64,000 bases of DNA from an uncultured Candidatus Rokubacteria bacterium (GCA_963826115.1 CAWGVS010000005.1:576001-640000), one strand, 5' to 3'. Numbered from the stretch's first letter, positions 20,937-30,597 are shown. Notes: generated by a model not told the origin, from the letters alone. Translations and numbers: made by a program.

Positions 20937-21893
20937 ATGCGAACGTACCTGACCAGACGCCTCCTGCTCGTCGTGCCGACGCTGCTCGGCGTCAGCCTGA
21001 TCATCTTCATCGCCATGCGCCTTCTGCCGGGCGATCCGCTCGTGGCCATCTTCGGCCTCGAGGGCGCGAGGCGGATGACCGTCGAGCAGCGCGAGAACCT
21101 GGAGCAGGCGCTCGGGCTCCGCGACCCCTACGTGGTCCAGTACGGGAAGTGGCTCCGGGACATCGGCACCGGCGAGTTCGGCAAGTCGCTCCTGCGGGGG
21201 GACAGCGTCACCCAGTTCGTGATTCGTCGGGGTCCCATCACGCTCGAGATCGCGTTCCTGGCGACGCTGATCTCGTGGGCGGTCGGCTTTCCCGTCGGCA
21301 TCATCAGCGTGGTCAGGCCCAATACCTGGCTCGATCACGCCAGCCGGATGTTCTCCATCCTCTTCGTCGCCATTCCCGGCTTCTGGCTTGGCCTGGTGGT
21401 GGTCCTGGCCCTGATCCTCTGGTTCGACTACAAGGCGCCGATCCTCCCCGTGTATCCCTGGGAGAGCGTCGGGAAGAACCTCGAGATGGTCGCCGGCCCC
21501 GCGGTGGTCCTGGGTCTCGGATTCGCGGGATTCGTGGCCCGCATCGTCCGCTCCTCGCTCGTCGAGATCGTCCAGGAGGACTACGTCCGGACGGCCCGGG
21601 CCAAGGGCGTCCACGAGCGGCGGGTGGTCATCCGGCACGCCCTCCGCAATGCGCTCCTCCCGGTGATCACGTGGAGCAGTCTCTTTCTGGGGGTCGCGCT
21701 CGGCGGCTCGGTCGCCGTCGAGAAGGCCTTCGGCGTCCCGGGGCTGGGGCTGACCGTCATCGACGCCATTCTCGACCGGGACCTGCCGGTGGTGCAGAAC
21801 CTCGTGCTCCTGTACGCGCTCGTGTTCGTGGTGATCAACCTGATCACGGACATGAGCTACGCGTGGCTGGACCCGAGAATCCGCTACGAGTAG
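20937..21893 (+). CDS. ABC permease DppB/OppB-like
   Basis: LPGDP, DYVRTARAKG, RHALRNA, RDLPVVQ, LDPRIR. Confidence 0.93.
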   Translation: MRTYLTRRLLLVVPTLLGVSLIIFIAMRLLPGDPLVAIFGLEGARRMTVEQRENLEQALGLRDPYVVQYGKWLRDIGTGEFGKSLLRGDSVTQFVIRRGPITLEIAFLATLISWAVGFPVGIISVVRPNTWLDHASRMFSILFVAIPGFWLGLVVVLALILWFDYKAPILPVYPWESVGKNLEMVAGPAVVLGLGFAGFVARIVRSSLVEIVQEDYVRTARAKGVHERRVVIRHALRNALLPVITWSSLFLGVALGGSVAVEKAFGVPGLGLTVIDAILDRDLPVVQNLVLLYALVFVVINLITDMSYAWLDPRIRYE

Positions 21894-21900
21894 AGCGGGA

Positions 21901-22842
21901 ATGCGGAACTCGGCGAGGACCACCAGACTGGTTGCCGGTCAGCCCGCGGCCGTGCGGGCCGGCGTCGAGAAGACCGTCGCGAGGAAGCCGCTCAAGAGCG
22001 GTCTCGGGCAGCTCCGGGCCTTCGCCCGGCGCTCCCCGATACCGGCGGTGTGGGGAGTGGTCGCGGTGGTCATGACGCTCGTGGGCGTCTTCGCGGCGGT
22101 GGTGGCGCCCGACGATCCGTTCAGGCCGAACGCCCTCGCCAGGGCCCAGGAGCCGAGCTGGCAGCACTGGCTGGGGACGGACTTCATCGGCCGGGACGTG
22201 CTGAGTCGCATCATCCACGGCACGAAGTGGTCCCTGTTCGTCGCGGTCACGTCCGTGCTCCTGGGTACCACCCTGGGAGCCGTCTGGGCGGTGGCCACCG
22301 CCTTCTTGGGCGGCACGTTCGACTTGCTCGGCCAGCGCCTGGGCGAGGTGCTGCTGTCGTTCCCGCCGATACTCCTGGCGCTACTCCTCGCCTCGGCGCT
22401 CGGGGCGAGCACCTTCACGGTCATCCTCTCGATCGCTGCCACCCGGGTGGCCTATGGCATGCGCATCATCCGGTCGCAGGCGCTGGTCGTGAAGGAGATC
22501 CAGTACGTCGAGGCCGCGCGGAGCCTCGGGTCGTCTCCGTGGCGCATCATGTTTCGCCACATCGCCCCCCAGTGCATCGGGCCGTACCTGATCCTCGCCA
22601 CGACCTCCCTCGGCATCGCCATCGTGCTCGAGGCCACGCTGGGCTTCCTCGGGGCCGGGATTCCGCCGCCCACGCCGACGTGGGGCAACATGCTGGGGGA
22701 CGCCGCGTCGATGCTGATCCCCAAGTGGCACCTGGTGGTCTTCCCGGGGCTCGCCATCGTCATCGCGGCTCTGGCGTTCAACCAGTTCGGCGACGGCCTC
22801 CGCGACGCCCTGGACCCCCGTCTCCGCGGCACCAACCTCTAG
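21901..22842 (+). CDS. ABC permease DppC/OppC-like
   Basis: HWLGTDFIGRDVLSR, YVEAARSLG, LGFLG, PTWG, GDGLRDALDP. Confidence 0.93.
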   Translation: MRNSARTTRLVAGQPAAVRAGVEKTVARKPLKSGLGQLRAFARRSPIPAVWGVVAVVMTLVGVFAAVVAPDDPFRPNALARAQEPSWQHWLGTDFIGRDVLSRIIHGTKWSLFVAVTSVLLGTTLGAVWAVATAFLGGTFDLLGQRLGEVLLSFPPILLALLLASALGASTFTVILSIAATRVAYGMRIIRSQALVVKEIQYVEAARSLGSSPWRIMFRHIAPQCIGPYLILATTSLGIAIVLEATLGFLGAGIPPPTPTWGNMLGDAASMLIPKWHLVVFPGLAIVIAALAFNQFGDGLRDALDPRLRGTNL

Positions 22843-22854
22843 GCCGTCGCGGCG

Positions 22855-23448
22855 GTGATCGCGGCCATCGTGCTCGCGGCGGGCGCGTCCACCCGCATGG
22901 GCCGCCAGAAGCTCACGCTGCCGCTGGGGGACGGGCGGCCGCTGGTGCGCGCGGCGGTGGAGCAGGTGCTCGCCGCGGGGCTGGACGACGTGGTGGTCGT
23001 GACCGGCCGTGAGGCGGAGGCCGTGGCCGGGGCCCTCCGGGGTCTGCCGGTCAGGATCGCGCCGAACCCCCGCTACGCCGAGGGCCAGTCGACGTCGGTC
23101 CGCGCGGGCCTCGACGCCCTCGCCCCGAGGACCGAGGCGGCCGTGATCGCCCTCGGCGACCAGCCGCTCGCCGATCCCCGCGTGATCCGGCGCCTGGTCG
23201 CGACGTTTCAGGCGACCCATCGTCCCATCGTCGTGCCGGTCTACCGGGACGGCCGTGGCAACCCGGCCCTGTTCGCCGCCGCCCTGTTCGGGGAGCTCCG
23301 AGCGGTGACGGGGGATCGCGGGGGGCGCGATGTGATCGTCCGGGATCCCGGCCGGGTCGCCGAGGTGGCCGTGGACGCCCCGATGCCGGGCGACGTCGAC
23401 ACGCCGGAGGACTACGAGGCCGCGCGCGGCCCCGGGGCCCCGGGCTAG
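22855..23448 (+). CDS. mocA: Molybdenum cofactor cytidylyltransferase MocA-like
   Basis: LAAGASTRMGRQKL, GQSTS, LGDQP, GNPALF, GDRGGR, DVDTPEDY; cox context. Confidence 0.88.
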   Translation: MIAAIVLAAGASTRMGRQKLTLPLGDGRPLVRAAVEQVLAAGLDDVVVVTGREAEAVAGALRGLPVRIAPNPRYAEGQSTSVRAGLDALAPRTEAAVIALGDQPLADPRVIRRLVATFQATHRPIVVPVYRDGRGNPALFAAALFGELRAVTGDRGGRDVIVRDPGRVAEVAVDAPMPGDVDTPEDYEAARGPGAPG

Positions 23449-23464
23449 TCCCCGGCGTCGCCGC

Positions 23465-23473
23465 TGATACAAT
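23465..23473 (+). promoter_or_regulatory. Extended -10 promoter (TGaTACAAT) for coxDE
   Basis: Near-consensus extended -10, 54 nt upstream of ATG 23528. Confidence 0.6.
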
Positions 23474-23527
23474 GGCTGGCTGGGGCGCCCGAACGGCGCC
23501 CCACACCACGTCGACCGAGGAGCCGGC

Positions 23528-24418
23528 ATGCGCGAGGAGATCCGTCACATCCAGGTCCAGATGGAAGGGGCCGCCTACATCACCGACCCCGCCATCTCGA
23601 CGGCCGTCCACCTGGCGACCACGCTCAGGAAGCCGCTCCTGGTCGAGGGCCACGCCGGAGTCGGCAAGACCGAGATCGCCAAGGTGCTGGCGCGCGTCCG
23701 CGACACCAACCTCATCCGGCTCCAGTGCTACGAGGGCCTCGACGCCTCGGCGGCGCTGTACGAGTGGAACTACCCGAAGCAGATCCTCCGGATCCGGCTC
23801 GAGGAGCGGGAACGGGACGAGCGGTCGATGTCGGCGAGGGAGGCGGACATCTTCTCGGAGACGTTCCTCCTGAAGCGCCCGCTTCTCCAGGCCATCACCC
23901 AGGCGGACCGGGCGCCCGTGCTCCTCATCGACGAGATCGACCGCGCCGACGTCGAGTTCGAGAGCTTCCTCCTGGAGGTGCTCTCGGACTTCCAGGTCAC
24001 CGTCCCCGAGATCGGGACGATCACCGCCGCCCACCGCCCGGATGTCGTGCTGACGTCGAACCGCTCGCGGGACCTGTCCGACGCGCTCCGCCGCCGGTGC
24101 CTCTACCTGTGGATCGACTACCCCTCTTTCGACAAGGAAGTGCGCATCCTCCGGACGAAGGTGCCGGGGATCAACGAGCGCCTGGCTTCCCAGATCGCGC
24201 GCGTCATGCAGAACCTCCGGCGCCGCCAGCTCCAGAAGGTCCCCGGCGTGGCCGAGAGCCTCGACTGGGCCGCCGCGCTCGTCTCGCTCCATGCCGACCA
24301 CCTGGACGCCGAGATCGCGCGGGAGACCCTCGGGTGCGTCCTGAAGGAGGTCGACGACGTGAAGCGCATCGAGGCGGACCTCGCCGCCGGCCGTCTGTCC
24401 GAGCTGCTCGAGGGCTGA
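23528..24418 (+). CDS. coxD: MoxR AAA+ ATPase CoxD
   Basis: GHAGVGKT, RLQCYEGLD, LLIDEIDR, LSDALRRRC. Confidence 0.92.
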   Translation: MREEIRHIQVQMEGAAYITDPAISTAVHLATTLRKPLLVEGHAGVGKTEIAKVLARVRDTNLIRLQCYEGLDASAALYEWNYPKQILRIRLEERERDERSMSAREADIFSETFLLKRPLLQAITQADRAPVLLIDEIDRADVEFESFLLEVLSDFQVTVPEIGTITAAHRPDVVLTSNRSRDLSDALRRRCLYLWIDYPSFDKEVRILRTKVPGINERLASQIARVMQNLRRRQLQKVPGVAESLDWAAALVSLHADHLDAEIARETLGCVLKEVDDVKRIEADLAAGRLSELLEG

Positions 24419-24485
24419 GCCGGGCCCCCGGCGTGACGACCGTGTCGCGGCGGCCGACCGCGCCGGGCGAGGGGACCGCCCGGCG

Positions 24486-25634
24486 ATGACCGTCGCGACC
24501 GCCCCCCGCCCGCGCGACCTCCTCACCGGCACCGTCCGTTTCTGCCGGCTGCTCCGGGCCCGTGGGCTCGCCATCACGCCGTCGGAGAGCCACGACGCCG
24601 TCCGCGCGCTCGAGGTGATCGACCTGGGTGACCGCGAGGAGGTCCGCCGCGCCCTCCGGACGGTGCTCGCGACGCGTCCCGAGGAGTTCCCCGTCTTCGA
24701 CGCGACCTTCGACGCGTTCTGGGGCGGGCTGATCTCCGCGGCGTCGCCGCCGGCGGACGGCGCCACCAACCCCGACGCGCCCCAGGTCAACGCCCACTTC
24801 CCGAAGGCGAAGGACGCCGCGATGGAGTTCTCGGGCTGGGCCGACGTGGGCGACGGCGAGGGCGAGCCGGTCGGGCTCCCCGGCGTCTCGGACGTCGAGT
24901 CGACCATGGGCAAGGACTTCTCGAGCTTCGGCGCCGCCGACCTCGGGGAGGTCGAGCGCCTCGCCGCGCAGATCGCGCGCCGGCTCGCCACGCGGCGGAG
25001 CCGCCGCCTCCGGCCGTCCCGCCGTCGCGGACGGGTCGACCTCCGGCGGACCATGCGCCTGTCCCTCACGCGCGGGGAGCTGATCGACCTCGCCCGCCGG
25101 GAGCGGAAGATCCAGAAGACGAAGCTCGTGATCTTCTGCGACGTGTCGGGATCGATGGATCTGTACAGCCGGCTCCTCCTCCAGTTCCTCTTCGCGATGC
25201 AGAACCACCTCGGCCGGATGGAGACGTTCGTGTTCTCGACGCGCCTCCACCGGATCACCGACGAGCTCCGCCACCACTCGTACCGGGGCGCGCTCGCGCG
25301 GCTCGGCGACGTCCGTGACTGGTCGGGCGGGACGAAGATCGGCGAGAGCCTGCGCGCCTTCACCATCGGGTGGCCGAAGCTCCTCGACCGCGACACCGTC
25401 GTCATCGTGCTGTCCGACGGCTGGGACACCGGCGAGCCTTCGATCCTGGCCGAGGCGCTCCGGACGATGCGCCGGCGCGCGGGCAAGCTCATCTGGCTGA
25501 ACCCGCTCCTCGGGAGCCCGGACTACCAGCCGCTGACGCAGGGAATGCAGGCGGCGCTGCCCGAGGTCGATGCCTTCCTGCCCGCCCACAACCTGGAGTC
25601 GTTCCGGGCGCTCGCCCGGCATCTCAAGCCCTGA
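24486..25634 (+). CDS. coxE: VWA-domain protein CoxE
   Basis: MIDAS DVSGSM, FSTRL, WSGGTKIG, SDGWD, WLNPL. Confidence 0.92.
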   Translation: MTVATAPRPRDLLTGTVRFCRLLRARGLAITPSESHDAVRALEVIDLGDREEVRRALRTVLATRPEEFPVFDATFDAFWGGLISAASPPADGATNPDAPQVNAHFPKAKDAAMEFSGWADVGDGEGEPVGLPGVSDVESTMGKDFSSFGAADLGEVERLAAQIARRLATRRSRRLRPSRRRGRVDLRRTMRLSLTRGELIDLARRERKIQKTKLVIFCDVSGSMDLYSRLLLQFLFAMQNHLGRMETFVFSTRLHRITDELRHHSYRGALARLGDVRDWSGGTKIGESLRAFTIGWPKLLDRDTVVIVLSDGWDTGEPSILAEALRTMRRRAGKLIWLNPLLGSPDYQPLTQGMQAALPEVDAFLPAHNLESFRALARHLKP

Positions 25635-25850
25635 CCGCCCGGCCGCGGGGGATTTGACCGCCGGAGGGCATTCGCCCCGGCCGGCCGGCTCCCCCGCCGG
25701 GGTCCTGCGGACCTCCCGGATTCTCGTTCGTGGGACCCGTGGGGTCGATTCTCCCTAATCCTCGACCGGACAAGGTGTTTCGGTCTGGGAACCTTTTGGC
25801 GAGTAGCTGCACGGGCTGGCGCCCGTCCGGCGACGCTTGCAGTCAGTTTC

Positions 25851-25866
25851 TGGCGCGTCCCTTGCT
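25851..25866 (+). promoter_or_regulatory. sigma54 promoter
   Basis: TGGCGC-gtccc-TTGCT, exact GG-N10-GC spacing, about 50 nt before ATG 25915 with AAGGAGG RBS. Confidence 0.7.
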
Positions 25867-25914
25867 CTCCACCAGGGCACGCGGGCTGACCGCGCACCTC
25901 AAGGAGGGTGATTC

Positions 25915-26559
25915 ATGACGGGAGTGCGGATGAGAGCGGGGCAGGCAGTCGGCCGTGACGTCGCGTCTCGGGCGGAGGGCCAGGCGGGGGAGTCGTGGAC
26001 GCGGAGTCTCGCGACCCGGCTCTTGCTGCTGCAGACGCTCATGATCGGCCTGGTGGTCGTGGCCCTGTTCGTCGCCGGCTGCGGGGGCGGCAAGGGGAGC
26101 GGCACGAGCTCGACGACGGGCGCGTCGGCGACCCAGACCGTCAAGCGCCTCGAGGTGACGGTCGTCCGGCCGACCGCGGCGGCCCCGGGGCCGCGGCCCT
26201 TTTACGCGTGGGCGACCGACCTGCTCCAGTTCGCGCGGGCCGCCGAGGCGGCGACGTGTTCGGTGACGGCCGGCGGGCAAACCGTGTCCACGGACGCCAA
26301 CGGGAAAGCGATCCTCGTGAACGTGCCGGTCGACGCGACCGGCAACATCCCGGTGTCGATCGACTGCGACGGGACGCTGAGCTCGGTAAACGTCTCCGCG
26401 AAGCCCGGCACCGTCGTCAACGTCACCGTCGAGGTTCGGCCGGGCCGGGTCGAGGTCAAGGCGAAGGGCGAGCACGTGAGCCAGCCGAGCAAGGTGAGCG
26501 AACCGTCGAAGCCGTCGGAGCCCTCGAAGCGGAGCGGACCCAATCCGGGGTCCGGCTAG
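25915..26559 (+). CDS. Hypothetical lipoprotein (beta-rich, SxPSK tail)
   Basis: Hydrophobic stretch ending in lipobox VAGC, G/S/T linker, Val/Thr-rich domain with a Cys pair, (S-Q/E-P-S-K-x)3 tail. Confidence 0.7.
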   Translation: MTGVRMRAGQAVGRDVASRAEGQAGESWTRSLATRLLLLQTLMIGLVVVALFVAGCGGGKGSGTSSTTGASATQTVKRLEVTVVRPTAAAPGPRPFYAWATDLLQFARAAEAATCSVTAGGQTVSTDANGKAILVNVPVDATGNIPVSIDCDGTLSSVNVSAKPGTVVNVTVEVRPGRVEVKAKGEHVSQPSKVSEPSKPSEPSKRSGPNPGSG

Positions 26560-26616
26560 ACCACCGACCAGCGTGGCGGGAGCGTCGGGTCCCGGGCCTG
26601 GCGCTCCCGCTCGCAG

Positions 26617-28380
26617 TTGGCTGTGATGCTCGTCGGTAGTGTCCTCCCCTGGCTCTTCCTGGGCGGCGTCCTGGCCGTCCAGACGGCCTTCGTCGTCCTG
26701 AACGCCGTCTACCCCGGCTGGACCCTCGTCGACCTGGACGCGGAGCACAACTTGCCCACGTATTTCCAGGCGGGACTCCTCGGTCTGGCGTCGATCTCGG
26801 CGGTGTCCGCGCTGCTCGTGGAGTCCCGCGCGCTCGGCCGCCGGACCTGGGCCCTCCTGTCGTGGGCCGGCGCGGCGCTCCTGTTCGCCGCCATGGCGGC
26901 GGACGAGGCGCTCGTCCTCCACGAGGAATTCAACGGCGAGGCCGCGCGGGCGTGGTTCCGGGCAACCTCGCCGGTTCAGGGCACGGTGGTCTGGCTCGTC
27001 CTCCTGTCCCCCGTGGTCGTCGGGGCGATGGGCGGGCTCCTCGCGTGGATCCTCTCGCGGCGGACCATCAGCTTGGCGTTCGTCCGCATCGGTCTCACCG
27101 CGGTGGGCTTGTGGCTCCTCGCGCTCACGTTCGAGGGCACGGCGAAGTCGGTCTTCATCCCGTTGAATCTCTATCGCCTGGAGGTCGCGCTCGAGGAGAG
27201 CGCGGAGGCGCTGGCGCCCGTCGTGATGTGCCTCGCCATCTGGGCCTACGTCGCCACCGTCCGGCGCCGCGCCGGAGCCACCGTGCCGGCGCATGCCGAT
27301 GCGATCCGGGTTCCCTGGCGCCTGGTGGCCGTGGCGACTGCGACCGCGCTCGGCCTGCCGGCCCTGATCGTCGCGGGGTCGATCCTCCTCAATCCCGCCG
27401 TTCGACTGCGGCCGGTCGCGGACGAGCACCTCCGCGCAGGGCGCCTCGAGGACGCGGCGGCGACCTACCGAGCGATCGTGGAGCGAACGCCGCGCTGGGC
27501 GCGGGCCTGGGACCGCCTGGGCATCGCGGAGTACCGGCAGGGCCACCTCGCCGAGGCGGGAGAGGCGTTCGCCACGGCCGCGCGCCTGGCGCCACGCGAC
27601 GCGTCCATGGCGCAGCACGCGGGCGTCATCCTGTACCAGCAGGGACGGTACGAGGCGGCAGTGGCGTCGTTCGAGCGCTCCGCCGCCCTCGATCCCCGCG
27701 ATCCGGACACGCTTCGCAACCTCGCCGCGGTGCTCGCGCGGCTCGGGCGCGCCGCGGAGGCCGAGGCCCTCCGGGCTCGAGCGAATGCCATCGCCCCGGA
27801 GGCGGCGCGCGTGGTCGCGATGCGCGTGAGCTTCCCGGCCGAGGCGGCGCTCGCGTACCTGGCGGCCCCGGGGCTCGAGGTGGCGCTCGAGCGGAGCCGG
27901 AGCGGCGACGTGTCGGCGGCGCTCGCGGCGTATCGGGCGCTGCTCGACCAGGGTCGGTCTCGGGCCGCGGCGCACCTCGGCGCCGCCAACGAGCTCGTCC
28001 GCTGGCAGGCGGCGCTCAGACTGACCGCCGCCCAGGAGCCGATCCGGGTGCCGGACTCCGCGCTCGCGCCGGTCGCCCCGACGGCCCTCTTCGCCGACTG
28101 GGTCCGGCTCGGGGACGGGCGGTGGGAGGAGATGGAGAGCGTGGTGACGCCGCCGGCGTCCGGAGACCGCCATGCGCTCGCGGAGGAGGCCCGGCGTCAC
28201 TACGATCAGGCGCTCAGCCTGGGGGCCGGCGCCCCGGCCCGCCTCGGCCTCGCTGCCCTCGCGCTCGAGCGCGGTGATACCGAGGCCGCCGCCGAGCAGA
28301 TCGCCGTCGCGCGCAGCCTCGATCCACCCCTGCCGCCAGCGACCCTGACGGCGATCGCTGCCCACGCCGTGGCGCGGTAG
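26617..28380 (+). CDS. Polytopic membrane protein with C-terminal TPRs (start uncertain)
   Basis: DLDAEHNLPT, ADEALVLHE, LEESAE membrane motifs followed by TPR repeats. Confidence 0.7.
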   Translation: MAVMLVGSVLPWLFLGGVLAVQTAFVVLNAVYPGWTLVDLDAEHNLPTYFQAGLLGLASISAVSALLVESRALGRRTWALLSWAGAALLFAAMAADEALVLHEEFNGEAARAWFRATSPVQGTVVWLVLLSPVVVGAMGGLLAWILSRRTISLAFVRIGLTAVGLWLLALTFEGTAKSVFIPLNLYRLEVALEESAEALAPVVMCLAIWAYVATVRRRAGATVPAHADAIRVPWRLVAVATATALGLPALIVAGSILLNPAVRLRPVADEHLRAGRLEDAAATYRAIVERTPRWARAWDRLGIAEYRQGHLAEAGEAFATAARLAPRDASMAQHAGVILYQQGRYEAAVASFERSAALDPRDPDTLRNLAAVLARLGRAAEAEALRARANAIAPEAARVVAMRVSFPAEAALAYLAAPGLEVALERSRSGDVSAALAAYRALLDQGRSRAAAHLGAANELVRWQAALRLTAAQEPIRVPDSALAPVAPTALFADWVRLGDGRWEEMESVVTPPASGDRHALAEEARRHYDQALSLGAGAPARLGLAALALERGDTEAAAEQIAVARSLDPPLPPATLTAIAAHAVAR

Positions 28381-28404
28381 CGCGCCGCCTGTCCGGCGCG
28401 CCGC

Positions 28405-28413
28405 TGCTACAAT
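28405..28413 (+). promoter_or_regulatory. Extended -10 promoter (TGcTACAAT); probably leaderless xdhC
   Basis: Hexamer ends 7 nt before GTG 28421; no clear SD sequence. Confidence 0.6.
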
Positions 28414-28420
28414 AGGCGGC

Positions 28421-29557
28421 GTGAGCGAGCTCTTCGACCAGATCGACTCCCTCCGGAAGGTCGAGGGCCGGGCGGCCCTCGCAACCCTCGTCAGCACTCA
28501 CGGCACGACGCCCCGGAAGGAAGGGGCCAAGATGTGGGTGGGCGAGGACGGACGCATCCTGGGCTCGGTGACCATCGGCGGCTGTGTCGACGCCGAGGTC
28601 ATGGCGGAGGCCGAGGGCGTCCTCTCGGGCTCGAGCCCGAAGCTCCTGTCGCTCGACCTGGGCGACGAGGACGCCTGGGAGATCGGGCTCACTTGCGGGG
28701 GCACCATCGAGGTGTTCCTGGAGCCGGTCGCGCTCGGCCAGCACCCGCTCCCGGAAGGCGCGCTCGCGCTCTACGAGGACCTCAAGGCCCATGTGTCGGC
28801 GGGCGGATCGGGCGCGATCCTGACGCGGATGGACCCGCCCCAGGCGGGCGCCAAGCTGCTCCTCCTGGACGACGGCCGTCGCGTCGGCTCGCTCGGCGAT
28901 CCGGCCCTCGACGAGGCGGCGCCGGCGGCCGCGCGCGGCCCCCTGTCGACGGGCATCTCGCGCACCGTCGGCCTCGGACCGGACGGCTCGACGCGCGTGT
29001 TCGTCGAGGTGCACCTGCCGTCGCCGACGCTCCTGGTCGTGGGCGGGAGCCACGTCGCGATGCCGCTCGTCACGCTCGCGCGGTCGCTCGGCTACCGGAC
29101 CGTCGTGGTGGACGGCCGGCCGCGCCTCGCCACGCGGGAGCGCTTCCCCGACGTGGACGACCTCCAGGTCGGCATCCCCTCGGAGCTCGTGCGGCGCATC
29201 CCGCTCCGGCCGACGACGGCGCTCGTGCTCGTGGCGCACGACTACAAGTACGACCTGCCGGTGCTCCGCCACGCGCTGTCGACCGAGGTGGGGTACGTCG
29301 GGATGCTCGGGAGCCGCCGTCGCGGGGACGCGATCCTGCGCATGCTGCGGGAGGAGGGCCTGGCCGAGGAGGCGCTCGCGCGCATCCGCGTGCCGATCGG
29401 CCTGGACCTCGGCGGGAAGACCGCGCCCGAGATCGCTCTCGCGATCCTCGCCGAGATCGTCGCGTCGCGGTACGGCGGCTCGGGCCGGCCGATGGTCGTG
29501 GCCAAGCGCGCGCGGCCGGAGTCGGAGCCGGCGGGCGCCGCGGAGTCTCGCTCGTGA
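28421..29557 (+). CDS. xdhC: XdhC/CoxF molybdoenzyme maturation chaperone
   Basis: GTTPRKEGAKM, GGCVD, GLTCGG, YVGMLGSR, PIGLDLGGKTAPEIALAILAE. Confidence 0.92.
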   Translation: MSELFDQIDSLRKVEGRAALATLVSTHGTTPRKEGAKMWVGEDGRILGSVTIGGCVDAEVMAEAEGVLSGSSPKLLSLDLGDEDAWEIGLTCGGTIEVFLEPVALGQHPLPEGALALYEDLKAHVSAGGSGAILTRMDPPQAGAKLLLLDDGRRVGSLGDPALDEAAPAAARGPLSTGISRTVGLGPDGSTRVFVEVHLPSPTLLVVGGSHVAMPLVTLARSLGYRTVVVDGRPRLATRERFPDVDDLQVGIPSELVRRIPLRPTTALVLVAHDYKYDLPVLRHALSTEVGYVGMLGSRRRGDAILRMLREEGLAEEALARIRVPIGLDLGGKTAPEIALAILAEIVASRYGGSGRPMVVAKRARPESEPAGAAESRS

Positions 29558-30597
29558 AGGCCCACGCGCTCGTGCCCGCCGAGTCGCCCGCGGAGCGGCT
29601 GGTCGGCCTCGTGCTGGCCCACGACGTTCGCGACGTGGCGGGCACGCTGCTCGGCCGGAAGGGCGATCGCCTCGACGCCGCCGGCGCGGGGCGGCTCGTC
29701 GCCGGGTCGCGGGACGAGATCCACCTCATCGAGATGGAGCCGGGGGACCTCCACGAGGATCCCGCGGGCGAGCGGGTCGCGCGGGCGGTCGCGGGGGCCG
29801 GGATCTCCGTCCGAGACTCCGCGACGGGGCAGTGGGCCCTCGTCGCCGGCCGGCGGGGGATTCTCCGTGTCGCGACCGACGTCCTCGCGGCCGTGAACCG
29901 GCTCGATGGCGTGTCGGTCTACACGCTGTACGACGGCCAGGTGGTGGACGGCGGCGAGCTCGTCGCGCGCGCGAAGGTCACGCCACTGGTCATCGGCGAT
30001 ACCGTGGTGCGCGAGGCCGAGGATCTCGGCCGTCGGGCGGGGCCCTGCGTGACCATCCGGGCGTTCGAGAGCCAGCCCGTCGCCGCGATCGCGCCCGTCA
30101 GTCTCACGTCCCGGGCGCGCGCCCGGTTCGAGGCCGTGCTTCGCGAGAAGCTGGAGTGGTTCGGCGCGCCGCTCGGCAGCCTCGACTACCCGGACGCCGA
30201 GGCGGCCACGCTCGGCCGCGCCATCGAGGAAGCCGTCACGGCCGGAGCGCGGATCGTCGTCGTGGCCGGCGCGAACGCGCTCGACCCCCTCGACCCCGTG
30301 TTCGGCGCGATCGAGCGGATCGGCGGCCGGATCCTCCGGAACGGCGTGCCCGCGCATCCCGGGAGCCTCCTGTGGGTGGGACGCGTGGGGTCCGTCACGA
30401 TCCTCGGGATGCCGGGATGCGGGATGTTCTCGCAGGCGACGCTCTTCGACCTGCTGCTCCCGCGCCTCCTGGCGGGGGAGTCGCTCGGGCTCGACGAGCT
30501 CGCGGCCTACGGCCACGGGGGACTCCTCGGGCGCGAGATGGCCTTCCGCTTCCCGCCCTATCGCGCGGGCCGCGATCGCGGGACGCTCCCGGAGTAG
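29554..30597 (+). CDS. Molybdopterin-binding (MoeA/MogA-like) protein
   Basis: GTG overlaps xdhC stop; LAHD, RKG, LHED, DPLDP, GVPAHPGSLLW, GMPGC, GHGGLL. Confidence 0.75.
   Translation: MKAHALVPAESPAERLVGLVLAHDVRDVAGTLLGRKGDRLDAAGAGRLVAGSRDEIHLIEMEPGDLHEDPAGERVARAVAGAGISVRDSATGQWALVAGRRGILRVATDVLAAVNRLDGVSVYTLYDGQVVDGGELVARAKVTPLVIGDTVVREAEDLGRRAGPCVTIRAFESQPVAAIAPVSLTSRARARFEAVLREKLEWFGAPLGSLDYPDAEAATLGRAIEEAVTAGARIVVVAGANALDPLDPVFGAIERIGGRILRNGVPAHPGSLLWVGRVGSVTILGMPGCGMFSQATLFDLLLPRLLAGESLGLDELAAYGHGGLLGREMAFRFPPYRAGRDRGTLPE

Noticed and set aside
25796-25835. Additional sigma54-like TGGC sites upstream of 25851
   Set aside because: Wrong GG-GC spacing or no TTGC element
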